A stretch of 39,510 nt of DNA. Origin: Ornithinimicrobium sp. (GTDB taxonomy: Bacteria > Actinomycetota > Actinomycetes > Actinomycetales > Dermatophilaceae). Shown piece by piece: positions 1-8,438 of this stretch (the stretch's first letter is position 1; each line of letters begins with the position of its first letter). The stretch lies in contig DATISK010000220.1 of NCBI GenBank assembly GCA_035581545.1, positions 1-39,510 of the forward strand, written 5' to 3'. The position numbers and the translations under genes were made by a program. The notes below the pieces were generated by a model. The model saw only the letters and a program-made list of their open reading frames with translations, did no database searches and was not told the origin of the DNA.

Positions 1-65
1 ACATGACGGAAGGCGTCAACGCCCGTAGTGTTTGAACCCGTAGCCAGAGCACGCGGGAGGGGCGA

Positions 66-356
66 ATGTCGGAGGCGAAGCACGTGAGGGGTGGCACTGG
101 GGGATTTTTCTGCCACGCGGAGGAAATCTCAGGCGTAGACCTGGCAGAAGCGGCGCGCCGCCTCACGACGGGATCCGCCTGGCGCCGCGTCGGGCCAACT
201 GATGGCGACAAAGTCACGCTGCGTCAGGGGTCGCGCGTGTGGTTGCGCCTGATGGGAGCCTGGGAATGGGGAGGAAAGGCACGGAAGAAGTGGCCATTCA
301 TCGCCGAACTGGAAAGTAAGCCTGACGAGCGAGTCCTCATAGTGACGGTGAAGGAC
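66..356 (+). pseudogene. Hypothetical protein truncated at its 3' end by the IS21 insertion
   Basis: ATG at 66 preceded by GGGAGGGG; the frame runs into the IS terminal repeat at 357; composition is less GC-rich than the core genes. Confidence 0.55.
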
Positions 357-410
357 TGTCGACGGCACTCGAAAACTGAGCGGTTTCGGCGGTCGAAGAG
401 TGAGCGGTTT
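357..410 (+). repeat. IS21 terminal inverted repeat (istB side) with two tandem transposase-binding units
   Basis: CGGCACTCGAAAACTGAGCGGTTT followed by CGGCGGTCGAAGAGTGAGCGGTTT. Confidence 0.9.
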
Positions 411-1210
411 CAGTCTAGGGATTCTTGCTCGGCCTTGATGCTGGGCAGGGTGTCGACGCCGCGGTCGCGGAGGCGGTAGGAGGCGCCTTTGAGGGCGATG
501 ACGTCGGCGTGGTGGACGAGGCGGTCGATCAGCGCGGCGGCGACGACCTGGTCGCCGAAGACGCCGGCCCAGGAGCTGAACGGCAGGTTGGACGTCAGGA
601 TCAGCGAGGCGTGCTCGTACCGGGAGGAGACGAGCTGGAAGAAGAGGTTGGCGGCGTCCTGCTCGAAGGGTAGGTAGCCGACCTCGTCGACGATGATCAG
701 CCCGTAGCGGCGCAGCCGGGTCAGCTCGGCACCCAGGCGGCCGCGGGCGTGGGCCTCGGTCAGGCGGGTGACCCAGTCGGTGGCGGTGGCGAACAGCACC
801 CGGTGGCCTTGCCGGGCGGCGGCGACGCCGAGGGCGGTGGCGAGGTGGGTCTTGCCGGTGCCCGGCGGTCCGAGCAAAACGACGTTGCGGTGCTCGACCA
901 GGTACGCACCGGAGGCCAGGGCCTGGACCGGGGTGCGGGCACCGGGTTGGTGGTCGAAGTCGAAGTCCTCCAGGGTCTTGACCGCGCCGAAGCCGGCGGC
1001 GCGGATCCGTAGCCGGGCACCGGAGGCGTTGCGGGCGGCGACCTCACGTTCCAGGACCGCGGCCAGGTAGTCCTCGTGCGTCCACCCGGTGTCGCGGGCG
1101 TGGTCGGCCAGCCGGGCGGCCGCCTCCGTGATCCGCGGCGCCTTCAACGCGGCGGCCAGGTGGGTGATCTGCTTGAGCGTCTCGGTCCCGGCCGAGGGTT
1201 TGGGTGTCAT
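410..1210 (-). CDS. istB: IS21 helper AAA+ ATPase IstB
   Basis: Walker A GPPGTGKT, Walker B IIVDEVGY, LTSN and DRLVHH motifs; ATGA overlap with istA. Confidence 0.96.
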   Translation of the reverse strand: MTPKPSAGTETLKQITHLAAALKAPRITEAAARLADHARDTGWTHEDYLAAVLEREVAARNASGARLRIRAAGFGAVKTLEDFDFDHQPGARTPVQALASGAYLVEHRNVVLLGPPGTGKTHLATALGVAAARQGHRVLFATATDWVTRLTEAHARGRLGAELTRLRRYGLIIVDEVGYLPFEQDAANLFFQLVSSRYEHASLILTSNLPFSSWAGVFGDQVVAAALIDRLVHHADVIALKGASYRLRDRGVDTLPSIKAEQESLD

Positions 1211-2418
1211 GGCTGGCTCACCTCGCCCAGGCCGAACGCGCGGTCGTAGTCGGCCAGGTCCCGCACCATGCCCTCATCCGTGGAGGCCGGTGAGGTGGGG
1301 TGCTGGTAGTCGTGCCGCAGCGCGGCGGCGGTCGCGACGTGGGCGGGGTCGGTCACGGTCATGCTCCGGGCCCAGCGGCGCGAGTGCTCGGCGACCAGCC
1401 GGCCGCCGTGGCGGACCCGGACGGTGTCCAGGTCGGCGGTCACGTCCACCCGGGCACCGATCGCGCGAGGATCGACGGAGTAGTCGGAGGTGTCGACGCG
1501 CACGTAGTAGTCCCGGCCCAGGCGGACGTGGTTGCGCCAGCCCAGGTGCAGCACCGCCGGCGGCAACGGCAGCATCGCCTCCTTGTCCCCAGCCAGCAGC
1601 TCGCTCGGGCGGGCCTTGGTCGTGCGCACCACCCGGGCGTTCGCGGTGGCCAGCCAGTCGGTGAACTGGGCGTTGAAGTCGGCCGGGGACTCAAAGTGCC
1701 GCCCGGGCATGAAGGAGGTCTCGAAGAAGCCGTTGCGTCGCTCGACGATGCCCTTGGACTCGGGGTCCTTCGGCGGCAGCAGCACCACCTTCGTCGCCAG
1801 CGTCCCGGCGAACACCGCGACCGGCTCGGTGACCTTGCGCCGTCCGATGCCGGGCTCGTTGTCCCAGATCAACCGCCGCGGCACCCGCCCCAGCTGGTCC
1901 AGCAATGACCACGTCCCCAGGAGCAGGTCGGGTGTCTTACGGGTCGGGATCATCCGGGCGAGCATGAACCGTGAGTACCCGCACGTCATGACCAGCACCG
2001 GCAGCAGCGTGCGCGAACCGTCCTCGAGCAGGATCTTGCGCGGCGGGAACCACAGGTCGCACTGCGCCACATCACCGGCCGCCCACGTCAACCGGTCCGC
2101 CGGGTCGATCGGGCGATGGTCAGCCCGGATCCGGTTGACGTTGTCCCGGAACCAGCGGATGGAGCCGGTCCACCCGACCCGCTCGGCCAGCACCGTCGCG
2201 GGCATGTCCGGGGTATCCGCCAGGAGTTCACGCACCCGCGCCTCGTACGGCGTGAACGACGTCGGGCCCGGCGTACGTTCGTACTTCGGCGGCCCCTGCG
2301 AAGCCACGGCCTTGGCGACCGTGTTCCTCGCGATGCCCAACCTCCTGGCGATCCTGGCCTTCGGCACGCCCTCGGCGGCCAGCCTCCTGATCAGCGCCCA
2401 GTCCTCCATGGTGATCAC
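1207..2418 (-). CDS. istA: IS21 DDE transposase IstA
   Basis: N-terminal HTH (IARRLGIARNTV), QCD...WDNE...KGIVER integrase core, C-terminal YSV motif. Confidence 0.96.
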   Translation of the reverse strand: MITMEDWALIRRLAAEGVPKARIARRLGIARNTVAKAVASQGPPKYERTPGPTSFTPYEARVRELLADTPDMPATVLAERVGWTGSIRWFRDNVNRIRADHRPIDPADRLTWAAGDVAQCDLWFPPRKILLEDGSRTLLPVLVMTCGYSRFMLARMIPTRKTPDLLLGTWSLLDQLGRVPRRLIWDNEPGIGRRKVTEPVAVFAGTLATKVVLLPPKDPESKGIVERRNGFFETSFMPGRHFESPADFNAQFTDWLATANARVVRTTKARPSELLAGDKEAMLPLPPAVLHLGWRNHVRLGRDYYVRVDTSDYSVDPRAIGARVDVTADLDTVRVRHGGRLVAEHSRRWARSMTVTDPAHVATAAALRHDYQHPTSPASTDEGMVRDLADYDRAFGLGEVSQP

Positions 2419-2436
2419 ACTCCACTCGTCGAAGAG

Positions 2437-2486
2437 TGCTCACTTTTCGAGCGCCGTTACTGCTCAGTCTTCAAGCGCCGCCGACA
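2437..2486 (-). repeat. IS21 terminal inverted repeat (istA side)
   Basis: Reverse complement TGTCGGCGGCGCTTGAAGACTGAGCAGTAACGGCGCTCGAAAAGTGAGCA matches the left end. Confidence 0.9.
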
Positions 2487-2598
2487 ATCCCTAGGCATCC
2501 GGACATCGGCGTGACAGCGATGTATCGAGCACGCAGCGGATCCGGTCTTTCCGAGCCTCTCGAAGCGCGTCGAGCTTGAACCACTGGGGCATCGGGGG

Positions 2599-3021
2599 TC
2601 ATCGTCCGGGACCGGCGGGACGGCGAGACTGCATGATGGCGGGGGCCCGCTCGGTCTCTGGACGTGCAGGCATTGCGGGTGCCGCGTCCCTTGGCCGGGG
2701 CGTGCTGTCCGTGGGTGGAGCGATAACGGCGAGGCGGTGGCGCATCGCCTGCGCAGGGCGGCCTGAGACCAACGGCTCATTGGTGATGCTTGCCTGGGCC
2801 AGGGTCTGGACGTCGTGGCCTTCGTCGTGCAGGTGCTGCATGACGTTGGCCAGGGCCGACCAGTCCTCCTGCGCGATGTGCAGGGCGGCCTTGGCGTCGG
2901 TGATGGTCTCGAAGACCCCCAGCGAGTGGGTCCTGCCCTCGTGGTCCATCCGGACCCGGTAGCGACCCCGGAACCGGACGATGCCGGGAGGCAACCGGGC
3001 TCTGGTGTCCTTCGTGCTCAC
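2599..3021 (-). pseudogene. Remnant: tyrosine-integrase N-terminal arm-binding (AP2-like) domain fused to an unrelated, relaxase-tail-like C-terminus
   Basis: GRYRVRMDHEGRTHSLGVFETITDAKAAL resembles integrase arm-binding domains; no catalytic R-H-R-Y residues; lies directly downstream of ssrA. Confidence 0.55.
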
Positions 3022-3048
3022 GTCATCAGCCTTTAGATCCGGCGCTGG

Positions 3049-3078
3049 TGTGTCAGCCCTGTGTCAGTTCTGTGGCAG
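3049..3078. repeat. Three direct repeats TGTG(T/G)CAG at 11-bp period, putative integrase arm-type sites
   Basis: TGTGTCAG at 3049 and 3060, TGTGGCAG at 3071; located between the ssrA 3' end and the integrase remnant. Confidence 0.6.
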
Positions 3079-3129
3079 TTTGGGTGGTCATCTGAGGCTG
3101 CTCCTGACCACCCCTGTCCAGACGCACGA

Positions 3130-3169
3130 AACCCCCAGATCCGCGTCCTTGTGCGGAGTTCTGGGGGTT
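3130..3169 (-). terminator. Hairpin downstream of ssrA, probable terminator
   Basis: AACCCCCAGA-TCCGC...GCGGA-GT-TCTGGGGGTT inverted repeat. Confidence 0.65.
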
Positions 3170-3203
3170 GACGTGCGACAGCTGCACAGCGTGAAGACAC
3201 GTA

Positions 3204-3569
3204 GGTGGAGGTGGCGGGAATCGAACCCGCGTCCGTCGCCAGGAATCCAGGGCTTCTCCGGGCGCAGTGCGCTATGGATTTTCTCGGCCCCAGGGCTCGC
3301 ACGCACACGTTCCCTGACAGGCCCAGTCACGTAGGAGTCCCGCGCCGTCCCGTGACGTGACGACGCAGCAAGTCCTCTAGCTGATGCCAGACACTGAGAC
3401 GAGGACTAGCTCAGGCTGACAGACTTCGAGCTCGCTCAGGCGGCGAGGGCGAAGTCGCTGCGCTTGGAATTGGCAGCTATTGGTTTCGCAAGGATCGTTG
3501 ACGAGATGACCTTGCATCCTCGACCCGCTTCCCCTGAGACGCTGAACGACGTCGAAACCGATCACCCCC
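3204..3569 (-). ncRNA. ssrA: tmRNA; tag peptide (A)ANSKRSDFALAA encoded at 3474-3436
   Basis: 5' GGGGGTGATCGGTTTCGAC and 3' GGTTCGATTCCCGCCACCTCCACC; acceptor stem GGGGGUG/CACCUCC with the G3-U alanine determinant; tag ends in ALAA-stop; the final A of CCA is not encoded; smpB is nearby. Confidence 0.97.
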
Positions 3570-3734
3570 ATGGGGTGCCTTCACGCTGTGCAGTTGTCAA
3601 CCGGTCCGCCGCAGCCCCTGACGGGGCAGCCGCAGTCCATCATCCTACGTGGGCCAACGTCGTGGGGTCCACGAAGATTCCCGTGGGAGGGCCGCATCGC
3701 CCCTCCGGGGCCCTCCCGCCGACGGTCGTGCCGG

Positions 3735-4154
3735 TCAGCCGCGCCCGTAGACCATCTGCACGAAGTGGGCCACCTTGTCCTCGCTCACGTGGCGCGCCAG
3801 GTCCGACTCGCTGATCATGCCGACCAGCCGGCCGCCGTCCACGACCGGAAGCCGCTTGATCTGCTGGTCCCCCATGGTGTCGACGATGCGGTCGACGTCC
3901 TCCTCCGGCCCGACCGTGGAGACGATGCCGTGGGCGACCGAGCCGACGGTCGTGGTGGCCAGGTCAGCGCCCTCGGCCACGCCGCGGACCACGATGTCCC
4001 GGTCGGTGACGATGCCCGCCAGCGCCCCGTCCCCGGACATCACCGGCAGGGCCCCCACCCCGTGGTCGCGCATCAGCGTCGCGGCCTCGGCCAGCGACCG
4101 GTCCTCGGTGACGGTGTGCATCTCGTCGGTCATGATCTCGCGTGCGGTGGTCAT
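3735..4154 (-). CDS. CBS-domain (Bateman pair) protein, Hrp1/YhcV-like
   Basis: MTTAREIMT...GALPV...GIVTDRDIV...IKRLPVVD...GMISESD; RBS AAGGGAG. Confidence 0.9.
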   Translation of the reverse strand: MTTAREIMTDEMHTVTEDRSLAEAATLMRDHGVGALPVMSGDGALAGIVTDRDIVVRGVAEGADLATTTVGSVAHGIVSTVGPEEDVDRIVDTMGDQQIKRLPVVDGGRLVGMISESDLARHVSEDKVAHFVQMVYGRG

Positions 4155-4280
4155 GTCGCTCCCTTTCGAGGGGGTATGCGGTTCCGTGCCTCTCCACCCT
4201 GCCCCGCACCCGTCCCACGGGCAACCGGAGGGGAAACCCGCGCGACCGCATACCCGCCGCTCACCTAGACTGGGCCGGTC

Positions 4281-4757
4281 ATGCCCAAGGAAACCGGACG
4301 CAAGGTCGTCGCGAACAACAAGAAGGCCCGGCACGAGTACCTCATCGAGGACACCGTCGAGGCCGGCCTCGTGCTGACCGGGACCGAGGTGAAGTCGCTG
4401 CGGCAGGGTCGGGCCTCGCTGGCCGACGGCTACGCGACGTCCTACGGCGGTGAGCTGTACCTGGAGGGTGTGCACATCCCGGAGTACACGCAGGGGACGT
4501 GGACCAACCACTCGGCCCGGCGCCGGCGCAAGCTGCTGCTGCACCGGGAGGAGATGGACAAGCTGGTCGCCAAGGCCGAGCAGGCCGGGCACACGATCAT
4601 CCCGCTCTCGCTCTACTTCAAGGACGGGCGCGCCAAGGTCGAGATCGCGCTCGCCAAGGGCAAGAAGCTGCACGACAAGCGGCAGACGCTGCGCGAACGG
4701 CAGGACCGCCGCGAGGCGGAGCGGGCCATGTCGGCCCACCTGAAGCGGCACGGCTGA
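4281..4757 (+). CDS. smpB: SsrA-binding protein SmpB
   Basis: [27 protein letters not shown] and KGKKLHDKR motifs. Confidence 0.98.
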   Translation: MPKETGRKVVANNKKARHEYLIEDTVEAGLVLTGTEVKSLRQGRASLADGYATSYGGELYLEGVHIPEYTQGTWTNHSARRRRKLLLHREEMDKLVAKAEQAGHTIIPLSLYFKDGRAKVEIALAKGKKLHDKRQTLRERQDRREAERAMSAHLKRHG

Positions 4758-4762
4758 CCGGC

Positions 4763-4784
4763 CGTCCGGACCGCGGTCCGGACG
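4763..4784. terminator. Perfect 22-bp palindrome between the convergent smpB and M23 genes, probable bidirectional terminator
   Basis: CGTCCGGACCGCGGTCCGGACG. Confidence 0.6.
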
Positions 4785-4796
4785 ACGGGCCGGGCG

Positions 4797-6554
4797 TCAG
4801 AGCCCGGTGCGCGGGTTGACCGGGGTGCCGTTCTCGCGGGTCTCGAAGTGCAGGTGACAGCCGGTCGAGGAACCGGTCGTCCCCTCGTAGCCGACGACCT
4901 GACCGCGCGAGACGCCCTGGCCGGGCGAGACCGCGAAGCTCTGCAGGTGCAGGTAGGCCGTGGTCAGGTTGACCCCGCGCTGGACCCCGTGGTCCAGCAC
5001 GACGTAGTTGCCGCGGCTGTCGTCGTAGGGCGTGGAGTGCACCACGCCGTCGGCGGCCGCCATGACGGGAGCCCCGCAGGGTGCGGCGAAGTCGATGCCC
5101 GAGTGCAGGACGGTGATGCCCAGGATCGGGTGGAGCCGCATCCCGAACTCGCTGGTCACCCCACCGCCCATGGGCATCGAGAGGAACCCTGAGGACGTCT
5201 GCGCCGCCACCTGGGCGACCTGGGCCCGGCGCTCCACCTCGGCCTCGGCGGCCGCCTGGCGGGCGCGCTCCTCGGCCGCCTGGCGGTCGGCGGCATCCTG
5301 GGCTGCCCGCTCGGCAGCAGCAGCCTCCTGGGCCGCGGCCTCGGCCAGGCGGCGCGCCTCCGCGGCGGCCTGCTCGTCGGCACGGCGCGGGTCGTCCGCC
5401 TCGATCTGCCGCTGCCGCTCGGCCTCGCGCTCGGCGGCACGCTGACGGGCCTGCTCCTCGGCCGCCTGCGCGGCCGCAGCCTGCTCGGCGGCCTGCCGAC
5501 GCGCCTCCGCCTCGGCCTGTCGGCGGAGGGCCTCCTCCTCGGCCTGGCGGGCGGCCTCCTCGGCGGCCTTGCGGCGGGCGGCCTCCTCGGCCGCCTTCCG
5601 CTCGGCCTCGGCGATCCGCTCCACCTCGGCCTGCGCGTCGGCCTTCAGCCCGTGCTTGGTCTCCGCCAGCTCCGCGAGCTCGGCGGCCAGGTCGTCGGAG
5701 CGCCGCTACTCGCCGGCCAGCTCCTCGGCGACCCTGGCCTTCTCCTGCTCCAGCGCCTCCTTCTCCCGCGCCTGCCGGGCCTCGAGGTCCTCCAGCTCGG
5801 CGCGCACCCCGTCGGCCTCGGCGCGAGCCTCCTCCTTGGCGACCACCATCGCCTCCGCGCGGGCGAGCAGGTAGGCGATGTCGTCGCGGACGCCGACGAG
5901 CCGGTCCTGCTCGACGACCTGCTGGGCCTCCTGGTCGGCCAGCGCACGGATCTGCTGGTCCTGCACCCGCAGCACGGTGCGCGCCATCGACATGTCGTCG
6001 ACCGCGTCGGACTCCCCGGAGAGCAGCTCGAGGGTGGAGGCCAACGACCCCATGCCGCCCTGCTTGTAGCTCTCCCGCGCGATGGCGCCGACCGTGTCGC
6101 GGCTCTCGGCCTGCTGCTCCTCGTTCCGCGCCAGCCGCTCCTGGATGCGTTCCTCGTCGGCGCGGGCCAGCCCGAGCTCGGTCTCGATGCGCTCCGCCTC
6201 CGCCTCGGCGCCGGCCAGGTCGGCCTCGGCCTCGGCCAGCGCCACCCGGGCCGCCTGGACCTGCTCGGTCGTCCGCGCGAGCCGCTCGCTGGCCTCCTCG
6301 AGCTCCTCGCTCGTGTGGTCCAGCTCGGTGCCGAGCTCGGAGGCCTGCTCGCGGGAGCGCTCCTCCGCCTCCCGCTTGCGCTCCTGCTCGGCCTCGACCC
6401 GTTCGATCCGGTCGCGGATCTCGTCGAGATCGCCGGCGAGGGCAGGGCCGGCGACCATGACGCCGGCCAGGGCCAGGACCAGGACGCCACGCACCCGCGT
6501 GGCGGCATACCGACGGGGTCCCCGGACCGGGGACTGCTGGGCGGAACCACTCAT
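4797..6554 (-). pseudogene. Coiled-coil M23 peptidoglycan DD-endopeptidase (FtsEX partner), interrupted by an in-frame TAG at 5706-5708
   Basis: Signal peptide, long Ala/Glu/Arg coiled coil, M23 motifs HSGID, YLH and HLHFE; both ORF halves share one frame and only the TAG separates them. Confidence 0.85.
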
Positions 6555-6584
6555 CGTGCTTCTCCTCTTAGATTCCACGAAGGA

Positions 6585-7508
6585 TCACACCCGCACGTGC
6601 CGGTGCAGGGCCAACCAGGCGGTGACCACGGCCAGCAGGAGTGCCCCACCGACCAGGAACGGGGTGATCAGCCACAGGTCGCGCTCGCCGACCAGGCTGA
6701 TCAGGCCGCTCTCCCCCGCGAGCAGCTCGGACAGGAACCCGGTGACGCCGTAGCGCACGGTGGCCCACAGCAGGCCCACCGCCAGCGCCGCACCGAGCAG
6801 CGTGGCCACCACCGTCTCCAGGATGAACGGCAGGTGGATCGAGAAGCCGGAGGCGCCGACCATCCGCTTGATGGCCGTCTCCCTCCGCCTCGTCCAGGCG
6901 GTGAGCCGGATCGTCGTGGAGATGAGCAGCACCGCGCAGACCACCATCGCGACCGCCAGCGCGAGCGCCCCCACGCTGAGCACGCCGAGGAAGGTGAACA
7001 GCTTGTCGACGACCTCGCGCTGGTCCTCCACGCTCTCCACCCCGGGGGCGTTCTCGAACGCGGCGCGGATCACCTCGTAGCGGCTCGGGTCGGACAGGTT
7101 CACGCGGAACGACTCCGGGATCGCCTCCTGGGGGATGGAGTCGATGACCGGGCTGTTGCGGAACTGCTCCCTGAAACGGTCGTAGGCCTCGTCGTTGGAC
7201 TCGTAGAAGACCTCGGTCACCAGGGGGCTCAGGCCCTCCAGGTCGGTGCGGATCTGCGCACGCTGCTCCTCGGTCACCCCTCCCCCGCTGCACGAGGCCA
7301 CCTCGGTGGCTCCCGGGGTGCACAGGAAGATCGAGACCTCGACCTTGTCGTACCAGAAGCCCTTGGCCGTGTTCACCTGCTGCTGGGCGAGGAGCCCGAT
7401 CCCGAGGAAGAAGAGCGAGACCATCGTCACGAGGACGACGGAGACCACCATCGAGACGTTGCGGCGCAGGCCGTTGCCGATCTCACCGAGGAGGAAGCCG
7501 GGCCTCAC
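6585..7508 (-). CDS. ftsX: Cell division permease FtsX
   Basis: GLRRNVSM, FWYDKVEVSIFLC, RRRETAIKRMVGAS; GTGA overlap with ftsE. Confidence 0.95.
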   Translation of the reverse strand: MRPGFLLGEIGNGLRRNVSMVVSVVLVTMVSLFFLGIGLLAQQQVNTAKGFWYDKVEVSIFLCTPGATEVASCSGGGVTEEQRAQIRTDLEGLSPLVTEVFYESNDEAYDRFREQFRNSPVIDSIPQEAIPESFRVNLSDPSRYEVIRAAFENAPGVESVEDQREVVDKLFTFLGVLSVGALALAVAMVVCAVLLISTTIRLTAWTRRRETAIKRMVGASGFSIHLPFILETVVATLLGAALAVGLLWATVRYGVTGFLSELLAGESGLISLVGERDLWLITPFLVGGALLLAVVTAWLALHRHVRV

Positions 7509-8200
7509 GGCACCACCACCTGCCGGTAGCCGCCCTCGGCCTGGTCGCGCACCACCTGGCCCTCGTGCAGCTGGACGACCCGCTTGCGGAACTGGTCGAC
7601 GATCGAGGTGTCGTGGGTCGCCATCAGCACGGTCGTGCCGGCCCGGTTGATCCGCTCCAGGATCGCCACGATCTCGCTGCTCGTGTCGGGGTCGAGGTTC
7701 CCGGTGGGCTCGTCCGCGAGCAGGATCGGCGGCTTGTTGACCATGGCACGGGCGATGGCCACGCGTTGCTGCTCGCCGCCGGAGAGCTCGTGCGGCAGCC
7801 GTCGGCCCTTGTCCTGCAGGCCGACGAGCGCGAGGGTCTCCGGCACGCGCTGGCGGATCTCGTGGCGCCCGGTGCCGAGCACCTGCAGGACGTAGGCGAC
7901 GTTCTGCGCGACGGTCTTGCCCGAGAGCAGCCGGAAGTCCTGGAACACCGTGCCGATCTGGCGACGCAGCAGGTGCACCCGGCGCTGGGGCAGCTCGCCC
8001 AGGTCGTGCCCGGCCACGAGCACCCGACCGGACGTCGGCGCCTGCTCGAGGATGACCAGACGCAGCAGAGAGCTCTTGCCCGAGCCGGACTGGCCCACGA
8101 CGAAGCAGAACTCGCCGCGCGTCACGTCCAGGTCGACCTCGCGCAGCGCCCAGGGGTCGCCCTTGGCGTAGCGCAGGCTGACGTTCTCCAGGGTGATCAC
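7505..8200 (-). CDS. ftsE: Cell division ATP-binding protein FtsE
   Basis: GQSGSGKS, VFQDFRLL, LSGGEQQRVAIARA, LADEPTGNLD, MATHD. Confidence 0.96.
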   Translation of the reverse strand: MITLENVSLRYAKGDPWALREVDLDVTRGEFCFVVGQSGSGKSSLLRLVILEQAPTSGRVLVAGHDLGELPQRRVHLLRRQIGTVFQDFRLLSGKTVAQNVAYVLQVLGTGRHEIRQRVPETLALVGLQDKGRRLPHELSGGEQQRVAIARAMVNKPPILLADEPTGNLDPDTSSEIVAILERINRAGTTVLMATHDTSIVDQFRKRVVQLHEGQVVRDQAEGGYRQVVVP

Positions 8201-8438
8201 GCGGGACGGCTCCAGGGGAGGGTATGCGGTGCTGCTGGGACTGGGGGGACGTGTGGGGCGGGCGGTCGGCGTTCACGGTAACCGTTGGATCCGGGGCGAC
8301 CAAGGACCCTCGCCGGGCTTGTCGAGATCCGGCTCAGATCCCGGGCCTGAACAGGGGCCCAGCGCTCGGCCGCAGGACGGCGTACGCCCTCCCGTCCGAC
8401 GACCCGGCCCGACGGGACAGGGTCGCGACCGTGACCCC

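Larger units (their letters stand above)
357..2486 (-). mobile_element. IS21-family insertion sequence (about 2.13 kb)
   Basis: TG...CA termini; imperfect inverted repeats TGTCGACGGCACTCGAAAACTGAGC and (reverse complement) TGTCGGCGGCGCTTGAAGACTGAGC with internal repeats; encloses istA-istB. Confidence 0.95.

Noticed and set aside
3204-3240. Stand-alone tRNA gene
   Set aside because: The T-arm and acceptor sequence belong to the tRNA-like domain of the tmRNA
5200-5700. Repetitive GCCTCCTCGGC-like sequence, considered as a CRISPR array or VNTR
   Set aside because: Encodes the Ala/Glu/Arg coiled coil of the M23 protein; no repeat-spacer structure and no cas genes
5706-5708. Pyrrolysine or recoded amber codon
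   Set aside because: No pyl genes in the window, TAG serves as a normal stop elsewhere (11756, 33986) and the position is non-catalytic
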